Source of the DNA: Ignavibacteriota bacterium
GTDB taxonomy: Bacteria > Bacteroidota > Ignavibacteria > UBA10030 > UBA6906
DNA: 64,000 bases
Reading direction: 5' to 3'
Assembly: GCA_963801355.1 (NCBI GenBank)
Contig: CAWDEM010000004.1
Coordinates: 576,001-640,000 of the forward strand
In this document: positions 10,035 to 19,900 of the stretch, one piece after another
Layout of the letters: each line of letters opens with the position of its first letter
Position numbering within the stretch: the first letter of the stretch is position 1
Notes under the pieces: generated by a model
What the model was told of the DNA's origin: nothing
The model's database searches: none
What the model saw: the letters and a program-made list of their open reading frames with translations, nothing else
Position numbers and translations under genes: made by a program

Positions 10035-11002
10035 CGGCACGGACTGCAGGAGTGGTGATATTCAGTACGGTGGTCGTCGCGCTTTCGCAGCACGAAGTGC
10101 CGGCTCAGCAGGTGTCTGCCCGGGCGCGTGCGGATTCCACCTCGTATACCGTCGGCGACAGAATCCGTGTCAGCGTTGACCTGCGTCACCCCGCGGGGCT
10201 CATGATCCAGCCGATGGTCGGCGATACCGTCGAAGGGTTCACGGTTCTCGGGCGGAGCGGCCTCAAAGCGACGACGGACTCCACCAGCGCCATGGAGTTT
10301 GTTCTGGCCCGGTACGATTCGGGAGATGCGGTGATTCCTCCCTTGCCGTTCCTGTACTTTATGCCGAATGACACCGCCTCGCACGTGGCATTGACGAATC
10401 AGCTGCTCGTCACAGTCCACACCGTCCCCCAGGACACCAGTGCGAGCTTTCGGGATATCAAGCCGCCGATCGACATTCCGATGTCGTGGAAAGAACTTGC
10501 GCTGTACGCGGCGATGGCTCTGGCCGCGGCGGGCCTCGGTTACCTGGGCTACCGGTGGTGGAAGAAACGGAAGCGGAAGCTCGCGGGAGAAGTGTACGTG
10601 CCGCCACCCCGGCCTGCGCATCTGATTGCGCTCGAAGCACTGGGAGACCTGAAGGCCAAGAAACTCTGGCAGCAGGGGCTGGTGAAGGAGTACTATTCGG
10701 AACTTACGGAAATCTTCAGGCGGTATTTCGAACAACGGTATAACGTTCCATCGCTCGAGGAAACCACCGACGAAACCCTTGCGGGTCTCCGCTCGGCGCA
10801 GGTCGGGAACGGCTTCCTGGAACCGGCGGGAGTCATCTTGCGCCGCGCGGACCTCGTCAAGTTTGCCAAGTACCATCCGACGGTGACGGACCATGAAGAC
10901 TCCTTCCGGGGGGTCATCGCGTTTGTCGAGAAGACCAAAGTGCAGGCGATGACGCCCGTGGCCGGCGGCAGCGGAAAGGGGAAGGGCGATGTGGAATCCT
11001 AA
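10031..11002 (+). CDS. Bat-operon membrane-anchored protein (BatD-like Ig domain plus transmembrane helix)
   Basis: Signal peptide, DIKPP followed by a transmembrane helix and basic stretch, YYSELTEIFRRY and ADLVKFAK; sits between DUF58 and batA. Confidence 0.75.
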   Translation: MTARTAGVVIFSTVVVALSQHEVPAQQVSARARADSTSYTVGDRIRVSVDLRHPAGLMIQPMVGDTVEGFTVLGRSGLKATTDSTSAMEFVLARYDSGDAVIPPLPFLYFMPNDTASHVALTNQLLVTVHTVPQDTSASFRDIKPPIDIPMSWKELALYAAMALAAAGLGYLGYRWWKKRKRKLAGEVYVPPPRPAHLIALEALGDLKAKKLWQQGLVKEYYSELTEIFRRYFEQRYNVPSLEETTDETLAGLRSAQVGNGFLEPAGVILRRADLVKFAKYHPTVTDHEDSFRGVIAFVEKTKVQAMTPVAGGSGKGKGDVES

Positions 11003-11987
11003 CACCGTCTTTGCCAATCCCCTGGTTCTGTGGGGATTGCTGCTGATCCCGCTGCTGGCATATTGGTACATCTGGAAGCATCGTGCCATGAGCAGCGACG
11101 TCCGCTACTCGACGCTGGAGGCTTTCGCGGGTACGAGGCCGACGCTGCGGGAGCGGCTGCGCCATGCCCCGGCGATACTCCGGTTGCTGATTCTCGCTGT
11201 ACTGATCGTTGCCCTTGCCCGGCCACAGTTGTCCTCGCAGAGCGAAAATGTCTACACGGAGGGCATCGACATCGCGCTTCTGCTCGATATCAGCGGAAGT
11301 ATGCTCGCCGAGGATTTTCAGCCGAACCGGATTCAGGCGGCAAAGGATGTTGCCCAGCGCTTTGTCGAAGGGCGCGCGAATGACAGGATCGGCCTGGTGA
11401 TCTTTGCCGGCCAGAGCTTCACGCAGTGTCCGATGACGCTCGACTATCGTGTACTCCGCTCCCTGTTGAAGCAGGTGAAGCCGGGCATGGTGGAAGACGG
11501 GACAGCGATCGGCATGGCGATTGCCCAGGGGGTCAACCGGCTGAAGGACAGCAAGGCGAAGAGTAAAGTCATGATCCTTCTTACCGACGGCGTGAACAAT
11601 CGCGGCGAAGTGGATCCCCTCACCGCGGCAAACATCGCGCAGACCTTCGGGATCCGGATTTATACCGTGGGTGTCGGTACCGTGGGAGAAGCGCCTTACC
11701 CGGTGCAAACGCCCTTCGGCATACGCTATCAGAATATCCCCGTGGATGTCGATGAAAAGACGCTGAAGTCCATTGCGAGCGTTACCGGGGGGAATTTCTA
11801 CCGGGCAACGAACAATCGCACGCTCAGAGAAATTTACTCGGAAATCGACAAGCTGGAGAAAACGCGCATCGAGGTCAAGTCGTACCGTTCCTACACGGAC
11901 ACGTTCGGGCCGTGGGCGTGGGCCGGCCTGATCGGAGTGTTGCTGGAAATGGGTCTGTCGGGTTTGGTTTTACGAAAGTTGCCCTGA
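10989..11987 (+). CDS. batA: BatA vWA-domain protein
   Basis: N-terminal transmembrane helices with ALARPQ, MIDAS DISGSM, GTAIG and LLTDG. Confidence 0.9.
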   Translation: MWNPNTVFANPLVLWGLLLIPLLAYWYIWKHRAMSSDVRYSTLEAFAGTRPTLRERLRHAPAILRLLILAVLIVALARPQLSSQSENVYTEGIDIALLLDISGSMLAEDFQPNRIQAAKDVAQRFVEGRANDRIGLVIFAGQSFTQCPMTLDYRVLRSLLKQVKPGMVEDGTAIGMAIAQGVNRLKDSKAKSKVMILLTDGVNNRGEVDPLTAANIAQTFGIRIYTVGVGTVGEAPYPVQTPFGIRYQNIPVDVDEKTLKSIASVTGGNFYRATNNRTLREIYSEIDKLEKTRIEVKSYRSYTDTFGPWAWAGLIGVLLEMGLSGLVLRKLP

Positions 11988-13040
11988 ATGATACGCTTTC
12001 TGCACGAAGAATATCTCTGGATGCTGGCCATCCTGCCGCTCCTGGCAGTGCTGGCATTTGTGGTGTACGGCGCCCGCCGCCGTGCCATGAAAACGTTCAG
12101 CACGCCGGAGATGATGCGCCGGCTGGCGCCCGAAGCGAGCCGCTTCAAGAGACCCGTGAAGTTCTTCCTGCTCCTGGTGGCCGTAGCATTGATCATCCTG
12201 GCTCTTGCCAATCTGCAGATCGGCACGCGGCTCGAGGAGGTGAAGCAGGAGGGCGTGGATATTTTCATCGCCATGGATGTATCACTCAGCATGAAGGCGG
12301 AAGATATCAAGCCCAACCGTCTTGAAAAAGCCAAACTGGAAATCCGGAATCTCATTGACCGGCTCGGCGGAGACCGCATCGGGCTCGTGGTCTTTGCCGG
12401 CGAAGCGTATACGCAGTTCCCGCTGACCACCGACTACAGTGCCGCAAACCTGTTTCTGGATGTTCTGGACGTCGATGCCGTGGGACTTCCAGGGACGGCG
12501 ATCGGTCTGGCCATCCGCCGCGCCGTGGACTCGTTCGATTTCACTGAAGCGACGACGAAGGTGATCGTGATCATTACCGATGGGGAGAATACCGAAGGCG
12601 AAGTGATGGACGCTGCGAAGGAAGCGGCCGGCAAAGGGATTTTGATCTACACCATCGGCATGGGCTCTCCCGGCGGGGCGCCCATTCCCGTGTACGGCAG
12701 CTCCGGGCAGCAGACGGACTTCAAACGCGACCGGGTAGGCTCGGTCGTGGTCTCCAGGCTGGACGAAGTCACGCTCGAGAAGCTTGCAGCCATCGGCAGC
12801 GGCAAGTATTTCCGGGCCACGTCCTCGCAGGACGAATTGGACGGCATCTACAAGGACGTGAGCGCGTTACAGAAAAAGGAATTCGGCGTCAAACAGTTCA
12901 CCGATTACGAGAGCCGGTTTCAATGGTTCATTGCTGCCGCACTGGTGCTTCTCCTGATGGAGTTCCTGCTCTCGGAAAAAATCAATCGGCGGTTCTCACT
13001 CGGACGGTTCTTGCGGAAGGAGGAGGTGGCGGGCGAATGA
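11988..13040 (+). CDS. batB: BatB vWA-domain protein
   Basis: DVSLSM MIDAS, PLTTDY, IITDGE; second vWA gene of the operon. Confidence 0.88.
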   Translation: MIRFLHEEYLWMLAILPLLAVLAFVVYGARRRAMKTFSTPEMMRRLAPEASRFKRPVKFFLLLVAVALIILALANLQIGTRLEEVKQEGVDIFIAMDVSLSMKAEDIKPNRLEKAKLEIRNLIDRLGGDRIGLVVFAGEAYTQFPLTTDYSAANLFLDVLDVDAVGLPGTAIGLAIRRAVDSFDFTEATTKVIVIITDGENTEGEVMDAAKEAAGKGILIYTIGMGSPGGAPIPVYGSSGQQTDFKRDRVGSVVVSRLDEVTLEKLAAIGSGKYFRATSSQDELDGIYKDVSALQKKEFGVKQFTDYESRFQWFIAAALVLLLMEFLLSEKINRRFSLGRFLRKEEVAGE

Positions 13041-13768
13041 AGATCGTGATCCATGGTCTCTGGAGCATCACGGTGGTGCTCCTCTGTTGCACGACAGCCC
13101 CGGCCCAGTCGGTGCGTTCGCTTGTGAACGAGGGTAACAATCTCTACAAGGAACGGAAGTTTACGGATGCCGAGGTCAACTATCGCAAGGCGCTGGAGAA
13201 AGAGAAGGGCCAGGCGTTCGCGACCTATGATCTCGGCAATTCGCTCTACAAGCAGAACAAGCCGGCGGAAGCGGCAAAGGAGTACGAGAATGTTCTGCGC
13301 GCGACCGACGATACGCGGACGCAGTCGCACGCGTATTACAATATCGGCAACGCATTTGCGCAGGGACAGGACTACCAGAACGCCATCAAGGGGTACATTA
13401 ATGCTCTGAAACTGAATCCCGATGACGCCGATGCGAAGTACAATCTCTCGTATGCACTCAGGATGCTCAAGCAGCAGCAACAACAGCAAAACAAGAACAG
13501 CGACAAGAACCAGGATCAGAAAAACAAGCAGGATCAGAAGAACAAAGATCAGAACAACCAACAGCAGCAGCAACAGCAGCAACAGCAACAGAATCAGAAA
13601 CAACAGAAACAGGATCAGCAACAGCAACAACAGCGGCAACAGGAGCGACAGATCTCCAAAGCGGAGGCGGAGCGCATTCTTGCCGTCCTGGAGAACAACG
13701 AGCGGGATGTGCAGAAGAAATTGCGGTCCCGGGCTGCCGTCAGACCGCGCAGTGAAAAGGACTGGTGA
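13037..13768 (+). CDS. batC: BatC TPR protein with Gln-rich tail
   Basis: ATGA overlap with batB, signal peptide, TPRs (YDLGNSLY, YNIGNAF, NPDDADAKYNL), Q/K/D-rich linker and C-terminal EKDW. Confidence 0.87.
   Translation: MKIVIHGLWSITVVLLCCTTAPAQSVRSLVNEGNNLYKERKFTDAEVNYRKALEKEKGQAFATYDLGNSLYKQNKPAEAAKEYENVLRATDDTRTQSHAYYNIGNAFAQGQDYQNAIKGYINALKLNPDDADAKYNLSYALRMLKQQQQQQNKNSDKNQDQKNKQDQKNKDQNNQQQQQQQQQQQNQKQQKQDQQQQQQRQQERQISKAEAERILAVLENNERDVQKKLRSRAAVRPRSEKDW
13472..13641 (+). repeat. CAG/CAA-rich low-complexity tract encoding the poly-Gln linker of BatC
   Basis: Runs of CAG/CAA codons plus short CAGGATCAGAA-type units. Confidence 0.8.
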
Positions 13769-13769
13769 T

Positions 13770-15608
13770 ATGAACTTCGCGCGAGTTCCCGGCGTGTCGG
13801 TCCTTGTGATCCTGATGGTCACACTGGCAACCGGGCAGACGACCTTCGAAGCCACCGTCGACAGAAGCCAGGTAGGGGTGGGAGAACAGTTTACGCTTGC
13901 GTTCACTCTCACCGGCAGTGCTCTGGGCGGCGGGAAGAATCTTCGCTTGCCCGACCTCAACAAGTTTCACATCATGTCCGGGCCGAATCAATCGTCGAGC
14001 ATGCAAATTATCAACGGATCGGTCTCCTCGACCGTGAGTTACACGTATGTTCTGCAACCGAAAGAAATCGGGAAATTCGTCGTCGGCGCGGCGTCCATCG
14101 AGGCCGGGGGGGCAGTGCTGCAGTCCCAACCCATTGCGGTGGAAGTGGTGAAGGCATCTCCCAAACCGAAGCAACAGGCGGGCGGTCAGGACCAGACCGT
14201 GCAACTTGGTGACAACCTGTTCCTCCGGGCCGCAGTCGACCGCACACACGTGCTCCAGGGAGAACAAATCAATCTGGTGTTCCGCCTCTACACGCGGGTG
14301 TCGGTGTCGAACTACGGGATCACGAAGAATCCGACGATGACCGGGTTCTGGGGAGAAGACACGGACACGCCCAAAAACATTGCGCTCACGAACGAAACCG
14401 TGAATGGCAAAAGCTATCGTGTAGGTGTGGTCAAACGCGTGGCGCTGTTTCCCACACAGGCGGGTGCGCTGGAGGTCGGGCCGATGGAAATTCAAACCAC
14501 CGTGCAACTTCCCTATGCCCGATCGAACGATCCTTTTGATGCATTCTTCCGGGATCCGTTCGGCAGGAGCGCGACCTACACCGTTGCCAGCGATCCCATC
14601 AAGATCAGAGTAGATCCGCTGCCCCCGGGCGCGCCGCCCGACTTCAAGGGTGCAGTGGGGCAGTTAGCCATGAGCACGTCCGTCGACAAGAAGACGACGC
14701 GGACGAACGAACCCGTATCCATCAAAGTGACTCTTTCCGGCACGGGGAACATCAAGCTGCTTGATGGGCCCACCGTCCAGCTGCCGCCGGACTTTGAACA
14801 GTACAGCCCGAAAGTTTCCGAGAATATCAGTCGCTCACAGTCCCGTATCAGTGGAAGCAAGACATTCGAATATCTGGTCATCCCGCGCTATCCCGGTCTG
14901 AAGGTGATCAAGCCGATCGTCCTGTCATATTTTGACATCGGGAAGCGGGAGTACGTGCGGTTGAGATCCCCCCAAATCGAGCTGAATGTTGAACAGGGCA
15001 CAGCGGCGCCGCCGACGATGTCCGGCGTGACCCGGGAAGACGTGCGCTTGCTGAACCAGGACATCCGGTACATCAAAGTCACCGGCACACGGTTCCAGCG
15101 TGCAGGTGAGCGTCCATTTTCCAGTACGCCTTTTCTTCTGGCCCTGTTCCTTCCCTTCGCAGGAGTTGCCGGTGCGTTTGTGTACGCGCGGCGGAAGCAT
15201 ATCGTCATGCTTGATCAGGCCGGTTATCGCAACCGGAAAGCAATGAAGGTGGCGCAGAAGGGGCTCAAGGAAGCGGAGTACCTGCTGAAGGAAAAATCCG
15301 GTCAGCAAAGCACACCTTCCTCCAAGCAACGCCTCCGTTTCTATTCGGAGGTGTCACGGGCTCTCTGGAAGTATCTCGGTGACAAACTCGGTATCCCGCA
15401 GGCGGAGTATTCAGTCGAGGGGGCGGTCGCAGAGCTGGCCCGTCGGGGTGTCCCGCCGGAGCGTGCGGCATCATTGCGCACAGTGCTGGAATCGTGCGAC
15501 ATGGCGCGTTTCGCGCCGACCAGTCTTGAACTTGGTGCGATGCAGCGCATCTTCGACGAAGCACAGCGGATTATTGTAGAACTAGAACGCACTCTGAAGG
15601 CGCGATGA
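13770..15608 (+). CDS. batD: BatD protein
   Basis: Signal peptide, repeated Ig-like BatD domains, FKGAVG, GTGNIK and a C-terminal transmembrane helix with ARFAP. Confidence 0.87.
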   Translation: MNFARVPGVSVLVILMVTLATGQTTFEATVDRSQVGVGEQFTLAFTLTGSALGGGKNLRLPDLNKFHIMSGPNQSSSMQIINGSVSSTVSYTYVLQPKEIGKFVVGAASIEAGGAVLQSQPIAVEVVKASPKPKQQAGGQDQTVQLGDNLFLRAAVDRTHVLQGEQINLVFRLYTRVSVSNYGITKNPTMTGFWGEDTDTPKNIALTNETVNGKSYRVGVVKRVALFPTQAGALEVGPMEIQTTVQLPYARSNDPFDAFFRDPFGRSATYTVASDPIKIRVDPLPPGAPPDFKGAVGQLAMSTSVDKKTTRTNEPVSIKVTLSGTGNIKLLDGPTVQLPPDFEQYSPKVSENISRSQSRISGSKTFEYLVIPRYPGLKVIKPIVLSYFDIGKREYVRLRSPQIELNVEQGTAAPPTMSGVTREDVRLLNQDIRYIKVTGTRFQRAGERPFSSTPFLLALFLPFAGVAGAFVYARRKHIVMLDQAGYRNRKAMKVAQKGLKEAEYLLKEKSGQQSTPSSKQRLRFYSEVSRALWKYLGDKLGIPQAEYSVEGAVAELARRGVPPERAASLRTVLESCDMARFAPTSLELGAMQRIFDEAQRIIVELERTLKAR

Positions 15609-16366
15609 TGCGACGAGGACTCTCTACGGCGATACCGGTGCTTCTGGCGGTCTTGTGTGCCGGCGCGCAGACTCCGGAACAACTCTTCCAGCAGGGCAAC
15701 AGCTACTATCAGCAAAGCAATTTCAATGCAGCAATTGAACGCTACGAGTCAGTCCTCAAAACCGGTCTAACTAGCGGAGAGCTCTACTTCAATCTGGGGA
15801 ATGCGTACTACAAACAGGGGGACATGGGTCACGCCATCCTCTGCTATGAGCGCGCGATGCGTCTGCTGCCGATGGATGACGACCTGCGGCACAATCTTCA
15901 GCTGGCAAATCTGCAGATCGTGGACAGGATCGAGGAAACACCCCGCCTGTTCATCTGGGACACGTGGGATAGCATCAAGGGGTGGTTTTCGCTGGCCGGA
16001 ATCACCTGGACCTCATACGTGCTGCTGCTCCTGGCCGCAGGTGCATTGGTGATGGTCATCCTGGCGAGGAGCTATGCTCTGCGCAAGGTAGGAATCATCG
16101 CGACTCTTGTTCTCGGTGTGTTCCTTGTCGCCTCCGCCGTGATTCTCTTCAACAAAGCGAGAGAGGCGGACAGGACCGATGAAGCGATCGTCCTCGCGCC
16201 GATCACGACAGTAAAGAACTCCCCGGACGCGAAGAGCAGCGATGCTTTTGTACTTCACGCGGGTGTCAAAGTCCGGATCACCGACAGCGTCAATGAATGG
16301 GTGAAGATCCGGCTCGCCGACGGCAAAGTGGGGTGGATGGAGCGCAATGCAGCGGAACAGATTTGA
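15605..16366 (+). CDS. batE: BatE TPR/SH3b protein
   Basis: YFNLGNAYYK TPR, two transmembrane helices, C-terminal LHAGVKV...WVKIRLADGKVGW SH3b domain. Confidence 0.87.
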   Translation: MMRRGLSTAIPVLLAVLCAGAQTPEQLFQQGNSYYQQSNFNAAIERYESVLKTGLTSGELYFNLGNAYYKQGDMGHAILCYERAMRLLPMDDDLRHNLQLANLQIVDRIEETPRLFIWDTWDSIKGWFSLAGITWTSYVLLLLAAGALVMVILARSYALRKVGIIATLVLGVFLVASAVILFNKAREADRTDEAIVLAPITTVKNSPDAKSSDAFVLHAGVKVRITDSVNEWVKIRLADGKVGWMERNAAEQI

Positions 16367-16391
16367 CGCCGGATGTACCGCGGCGAAGAAG

Positions 16392-17117
16392 TCACCTCCG
16401 CATCCTCCACTCCCTGCAGGCGTATTTCTCTCGTGCCAGGGTGGCGAGGCGTTCTTCAAAGGGAGCTGTATAGGGCGTGTGGGCGCGCCAGGCGGTTTGC
16501 AGCGCCGCCGTGACAGCCGCGGGATTGACCTGGAGATTCGCCAGGAATTCCCGGTGCGGCCGATGCATCCGATAACCGGGTTGGGCTGAGGGGAACGGAA
16601 GCAGCCGTTCGATTTCGGGGATATTGGCATGGAGCAACAGTGTTCCGTGAAACAGCAGCGATCGGGACGTCCGCCGCTGCGCATTTCCGGCGACCTTCCG
16701 TACTCCCACGCACAGATCAGTGTGCCCGCGCGGCACGACCGGTTCGGGCACCAGTCTGCTCAGCGCCGCTGCAAGTCGTGCGAGTATGAACCGGTGTGTT
16801 CCGCCGATCGTCGAAAGGTCGGGGTGGCTCTCCTGCCGCATCACAAGCGCATAGTTCAGGCATCCGGGCATCTGAACTATTGTGCCTCCACCGGTTGTTC
16901 TCCTATAGACAGGGATCTGTTCGGCCGCGCACTCTGCCAGGTTGACCTCCCGGGCCGCTTCATTGGTGTACCCCAGGACGACATACCGGCACCCGGGTTG
17001 CCACACCCGCAACACTTCACCATCGGTGCTCTCCTCACAGATGTCGAGGAGAACTTCGTCGCATGCCAGCTCTTCCTCAGGCGTTGCGAAGGTGCGGTCA
17101 AAGTACCGCATATACAT
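16392..17117 (-). CDS. Lipoate-protein ligase family protein (catalytic domain only)
   Basis: RRTTGGGT, KVAGNAQ and HGTLL motifs; divergent from the PDH operon. Confidence 0.85.
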   Translation of the reverse strand: MYMRYFDRTFATPEEELACDEVLLDICEESTDGEVLRVWQPGCRYVVLGYTNEAAREVNLAECAAEQIPVYRRTTGGGTIVQMPGCLNYALVMRQESHPDLSTIGGTHRFILARLAAALSRLVPEPVVPRGHTDLCVGVRKVAGNAQRRTSRSLLFHGTLLLHANIPEIERLLPFPSAQPGYRMHRPHREFLANLQVNPAAVTAALQTAWRAHTPYTAPFEERLATLAREKYACREWRMRR

Positions 17118-17179
17118 TCCTCCGGAAGTCCTGAGTGGAGCGGATGCTGTTCATCATGACTACTGACAGGTGAGACATC

Positions 17180-19873
17180 GTGGAAACTCAACATACAAAA
17201 CCGGCTGCAGTACCGCAAGACGGACAGGAACCGCAGGACAAATGGCTTGATTCGCTGGAACTCGTCTTAGAGTCGCTGCTCCGCGATCAGCAGCCTGCGC
17301 GGCTGCCCCTGATCTTTGAGCGGCTCAAGGAACGGCTGCAGGCGGCCGGCATGCATGTCCCCGAGTCGGTGACCACACCGTACCTCAACACGATCACCCC
17401 GCAGGATGAGCCGGCGTATCCCGGTGACCGCGACATCGAGCGGCGCATCAAGAGCTACATGCGCTGGAATGCCATGGCGATGGTTGTCAACGCGAATCGT
17501 CTGCATGGAGGGCTTGGGGGGCACATTTCCACCTATGCATCGGCAGCCACCCTGTACGAAGTTGCCTTCAATCATTTCCTCCGCGGCGGCGACGGGGAAC
17601 ACGCGGCAGACATGGTGTACTTTCAGGGGCATGCGTCGCCCGGAATCTATGCGCGCGCATTCCTTGAAGGCCGGCTGAGCGTGGAACAACTCCATGCGTT
17701 CCGTCAGGAGGTAACCTCGCCGCACGGACTCTCGTCCTATCCCCATCCCTATCTCATGCCGGATTTCTGGCAGTTCACCACCGTGTCGATGGGCCTCGGC
17801 CCCCTCATGTCAATCTATCAGGCGAGATTCAACCGCTACCTGAAAGCGAGAGGATTTCTTCGTGGTGATGAGCCACGGGTCTGGTGCTTCGTGGGCGACG
17901 GGGAAACCGACGAGCCGGAGACCCTGGGTTCGCTGACGCTTGCTTCGCGCGAACAGCTTGATAATCTCATCTGGGTTGTCAACTGCAATCTTCAGCGGCT
18001 CGACGGTCCTGTTCGCGGCAACGGCAAGATCATCCAGGAACTCGAGTCTTCCTTCCGGGGTGCCGGGTGGAATGTGATCAAGGTCATCTGGGGCTCTGAC
18101 TGGGATCCGTTGCTTGCGGCGGATGATGAAGGCTGGCTGCTGAAGCGGATGCAGGAAGCGGTGGATGGGGATTATCAGAAGTACTCTGTTGAGCCCGGCA
18201 GCTACACCCGCACGCATTTCTTCGGCAAATACCCCAAGCTCTTCGAGATGGTGAATCACTTGACCGACGACAATATCCGGAAGCTTCGCCGCGGCGGACA
18301 CGACCCGCAGAAAGTCTACGCGGCCTTCAAGGCCGCGGTTGAGCACAGGGGAGGGCCGACGGTGATCCTTGCGAAGACCGTCAAGGGGTACGGGCTTGGT
18401 GAAGCGGGCGAGGGCCGGAATGTCACGCACCAGCAGAAGAAGCTCAACGAAAAGGAGTTGCGGGAGTTTCGCGCGCGCTTTGAAATTCCCATCAGTGACG
18501 AGGATGTGGTCAACACGCCGTTCTATCGTCCTCCCGACGACAGCCCCGAAATGAAGTATTTGCGTGAACGCAGGGCGGCACTCGGAGGTTCGCTGCCCAA
18601 GCGTAGTCCGCATACGACCGTATTGTCCACTCCTCCGCTTGAAAGTTTCTCCGACCTCCTTCGCGGGTCAGAACGGTTGGAAGTGTCGACCACTATGGTC
18701 ACGGTCCGCATGCTCGGATCCTTGCTGCGCAATAAAGAGATCGGCCGCCACATCGTACCCATCATTCCCGATGAGGCGCGAACCTTCGGCATGGATCCAC
18801 TCTTCCGTGAGATCGGCATTTATGCGCCGAAGGGACAATCCTACGAACCGGTCGATCGGGAATCGTTGCTGTTCTATCGTGAAGCAAAAGACGGGCAGGT
18901 TCTTGAGGAGGGCATTACCGAGGCGGGTGCCATGTCGTCGTTCATCGCCGCAGCCACCGCCCACGCCCACCACGGCGTAAGCATGATTCCCTTCTTCATG
19001 TACTATTCCATGTTCGGATTCCAGCGCATCGGTGATCTGGTCTGGGCAGCGGGTGACATGAAAGCAAAGGGCTTCATGCTGGGGGCCACTGCCGGACGGA
19101 CCACGCTCAACGGCGAGGGATTGCAGCATGAAGACGGGCACAGTCATCTGCTGGCCGCCACCGTGCCGAACCTCCTCACCTACGATCCCGCCTTCGCCTA
19201 CGAAATCGCGGTGATCATTCAGGACGGGTTGCGCAGGATGTACGCGGAAAACGAAGAGGTCTTCTACTATCTAACACTGTACAACGAAAACTATCCCATG
19301 CCGCCGATGCCGGAGGGTGTTGCACATGGCATACTCAAGGGACTGTACAAGTTCCGGCCTGCGGCGGCGCGGGAATCGGCTCACGCTCAGATTTTCGGCA
19401 GCGGACCCATTCTGCGGGAGGCGTTGCGCGCACAGGAGCTCCTTGCCGATCGCTTCGGGGTCTCGGCCGACGTCTGGAGTGCAACAAGCTACAAACAACT
19501 GCGCACCGACGCACTCAATGCCCAGCGGTGGAACATGCTGCATCCGGACGAAGCGCCGCGACGATCATACCTTGAAGAGACACTGCAACGGGAACAGGGT
19601 CCGTTTGTCGCTGTGTCGGACTACATGAAACTCGTTCCCGATCAGATTGCGCCGTGGGTACCGGGCGGGCTTCTTACCCTGGGGACTGACGGGTATGGCC
19701 GGAGCGATACCCGTGCCGCACTCCGTCGTTTCTTTGAAATTGACGCGGAGTACATCGCTCTCGCGACGCTCACTGCCCTCGCGCGCACAGGAAAAATCAA
19801 CAAACAGACCCTGGCTCTCGCTGTGAAAGAGCTTGGCATTGATCCGGAAAAGACCTATCCCGTGATCGTCTGA
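17180..19873 (+). CDS. aceE: Pyruvate dehydrogenase E1, homodimeric type
   Basis: GGHISTYAS, FQGHASPGIY, TVSMGLGP, the TPP-binding GDGETDEPE...NLQRLDGPV motif and GEGLQH; GTG start. Confidence 0.93.
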   Translation: METQHTKPAAVPQDGQEPQDKWLDSLELVLESLLRDQQPARLPLIFERLKERLQAAGMHVPESVTTPYLNTITPQDEPAYPGDRDIERRIKSYMRWNAMAMVVNANRLHGGLGGHISTYASAATLYEVAFNHFLRGGDGEHAADMVYFQGHASPGIYARAFLEGRLSVEQLHAFRQEVTSPHGLSSYPHPYLMPDFWQFTTVSMGLGPLMSIYQARFNRYLKARGFLRGDEPRVWCFVGDGETDEPETLGSLTLASREQLDNLIWVVNCNLQRLDGPVRGNGKIIQELESSFRGAGWNVIKVIWGSDWDPLLAADDEGWLLKRMQEAVDGDYQKYSVEPGSYTRTHFFGKYPKLFEMVNHLTDDNIRKLRRGGHDPQKVYAAFKAAVEHRGGPTVILAKTVKGYGLGEAGEGRNVTHQQKKLNEKELREFRARFEIPISDEDVVNTPFYRPPDDSPEMKYLRERRAALGGSLPKRSPHTTVLSTPPLESFSDLLRGSERLEVSTTMVTVRMLGSLLRNKEIGRHIVPIIPDEARTFGMDPLFREIGIYAPKGQSYEPVDRESLLFYREAKDGQVLEEGITEAGAMSSFIAAATAHAHHGVSMIPFFMYYSMFGFQRIGDLVWAAGDMKAKGFMLGATAGRTTLNGEGLQHEDGHSHLLAATVPNLLTYDPAFAYEIAVIIQDGLRRMYAENEEVFYYLTLYNENYPMPPMPEGVAHGILKGLYKFRPAAARESAHAQIFGSGPILREALRAQELLADRFGVSADVWSATSYKQLRTDALNAQRWNMLHPDEAPRRSYLEETLQREQGPFVAVSDYMKLVPDQIAPWVPGGLLTLGTDGYGRSDTRAALRRFFEIDAEYIALATLTALARTGKINKQTLALAVKELGIDPEKTYPVIV

Positions 19874-19900
19874 ACTTCATTTCCCGTAAAGGAGAATGGC

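Noticed and set aside
13472-13641. CAG/CAA repeat as a contingency locus or CRISPR-like array
   Set aside because: It is an in-frame, mixed-codon Gln-rich linker typical of BatC, with no repeat-spacer structure.
8143-16366. MoxR-DUF58-Bat operon as a novel system
   Set aside because: This is the well-known Bat operon in canonical order.
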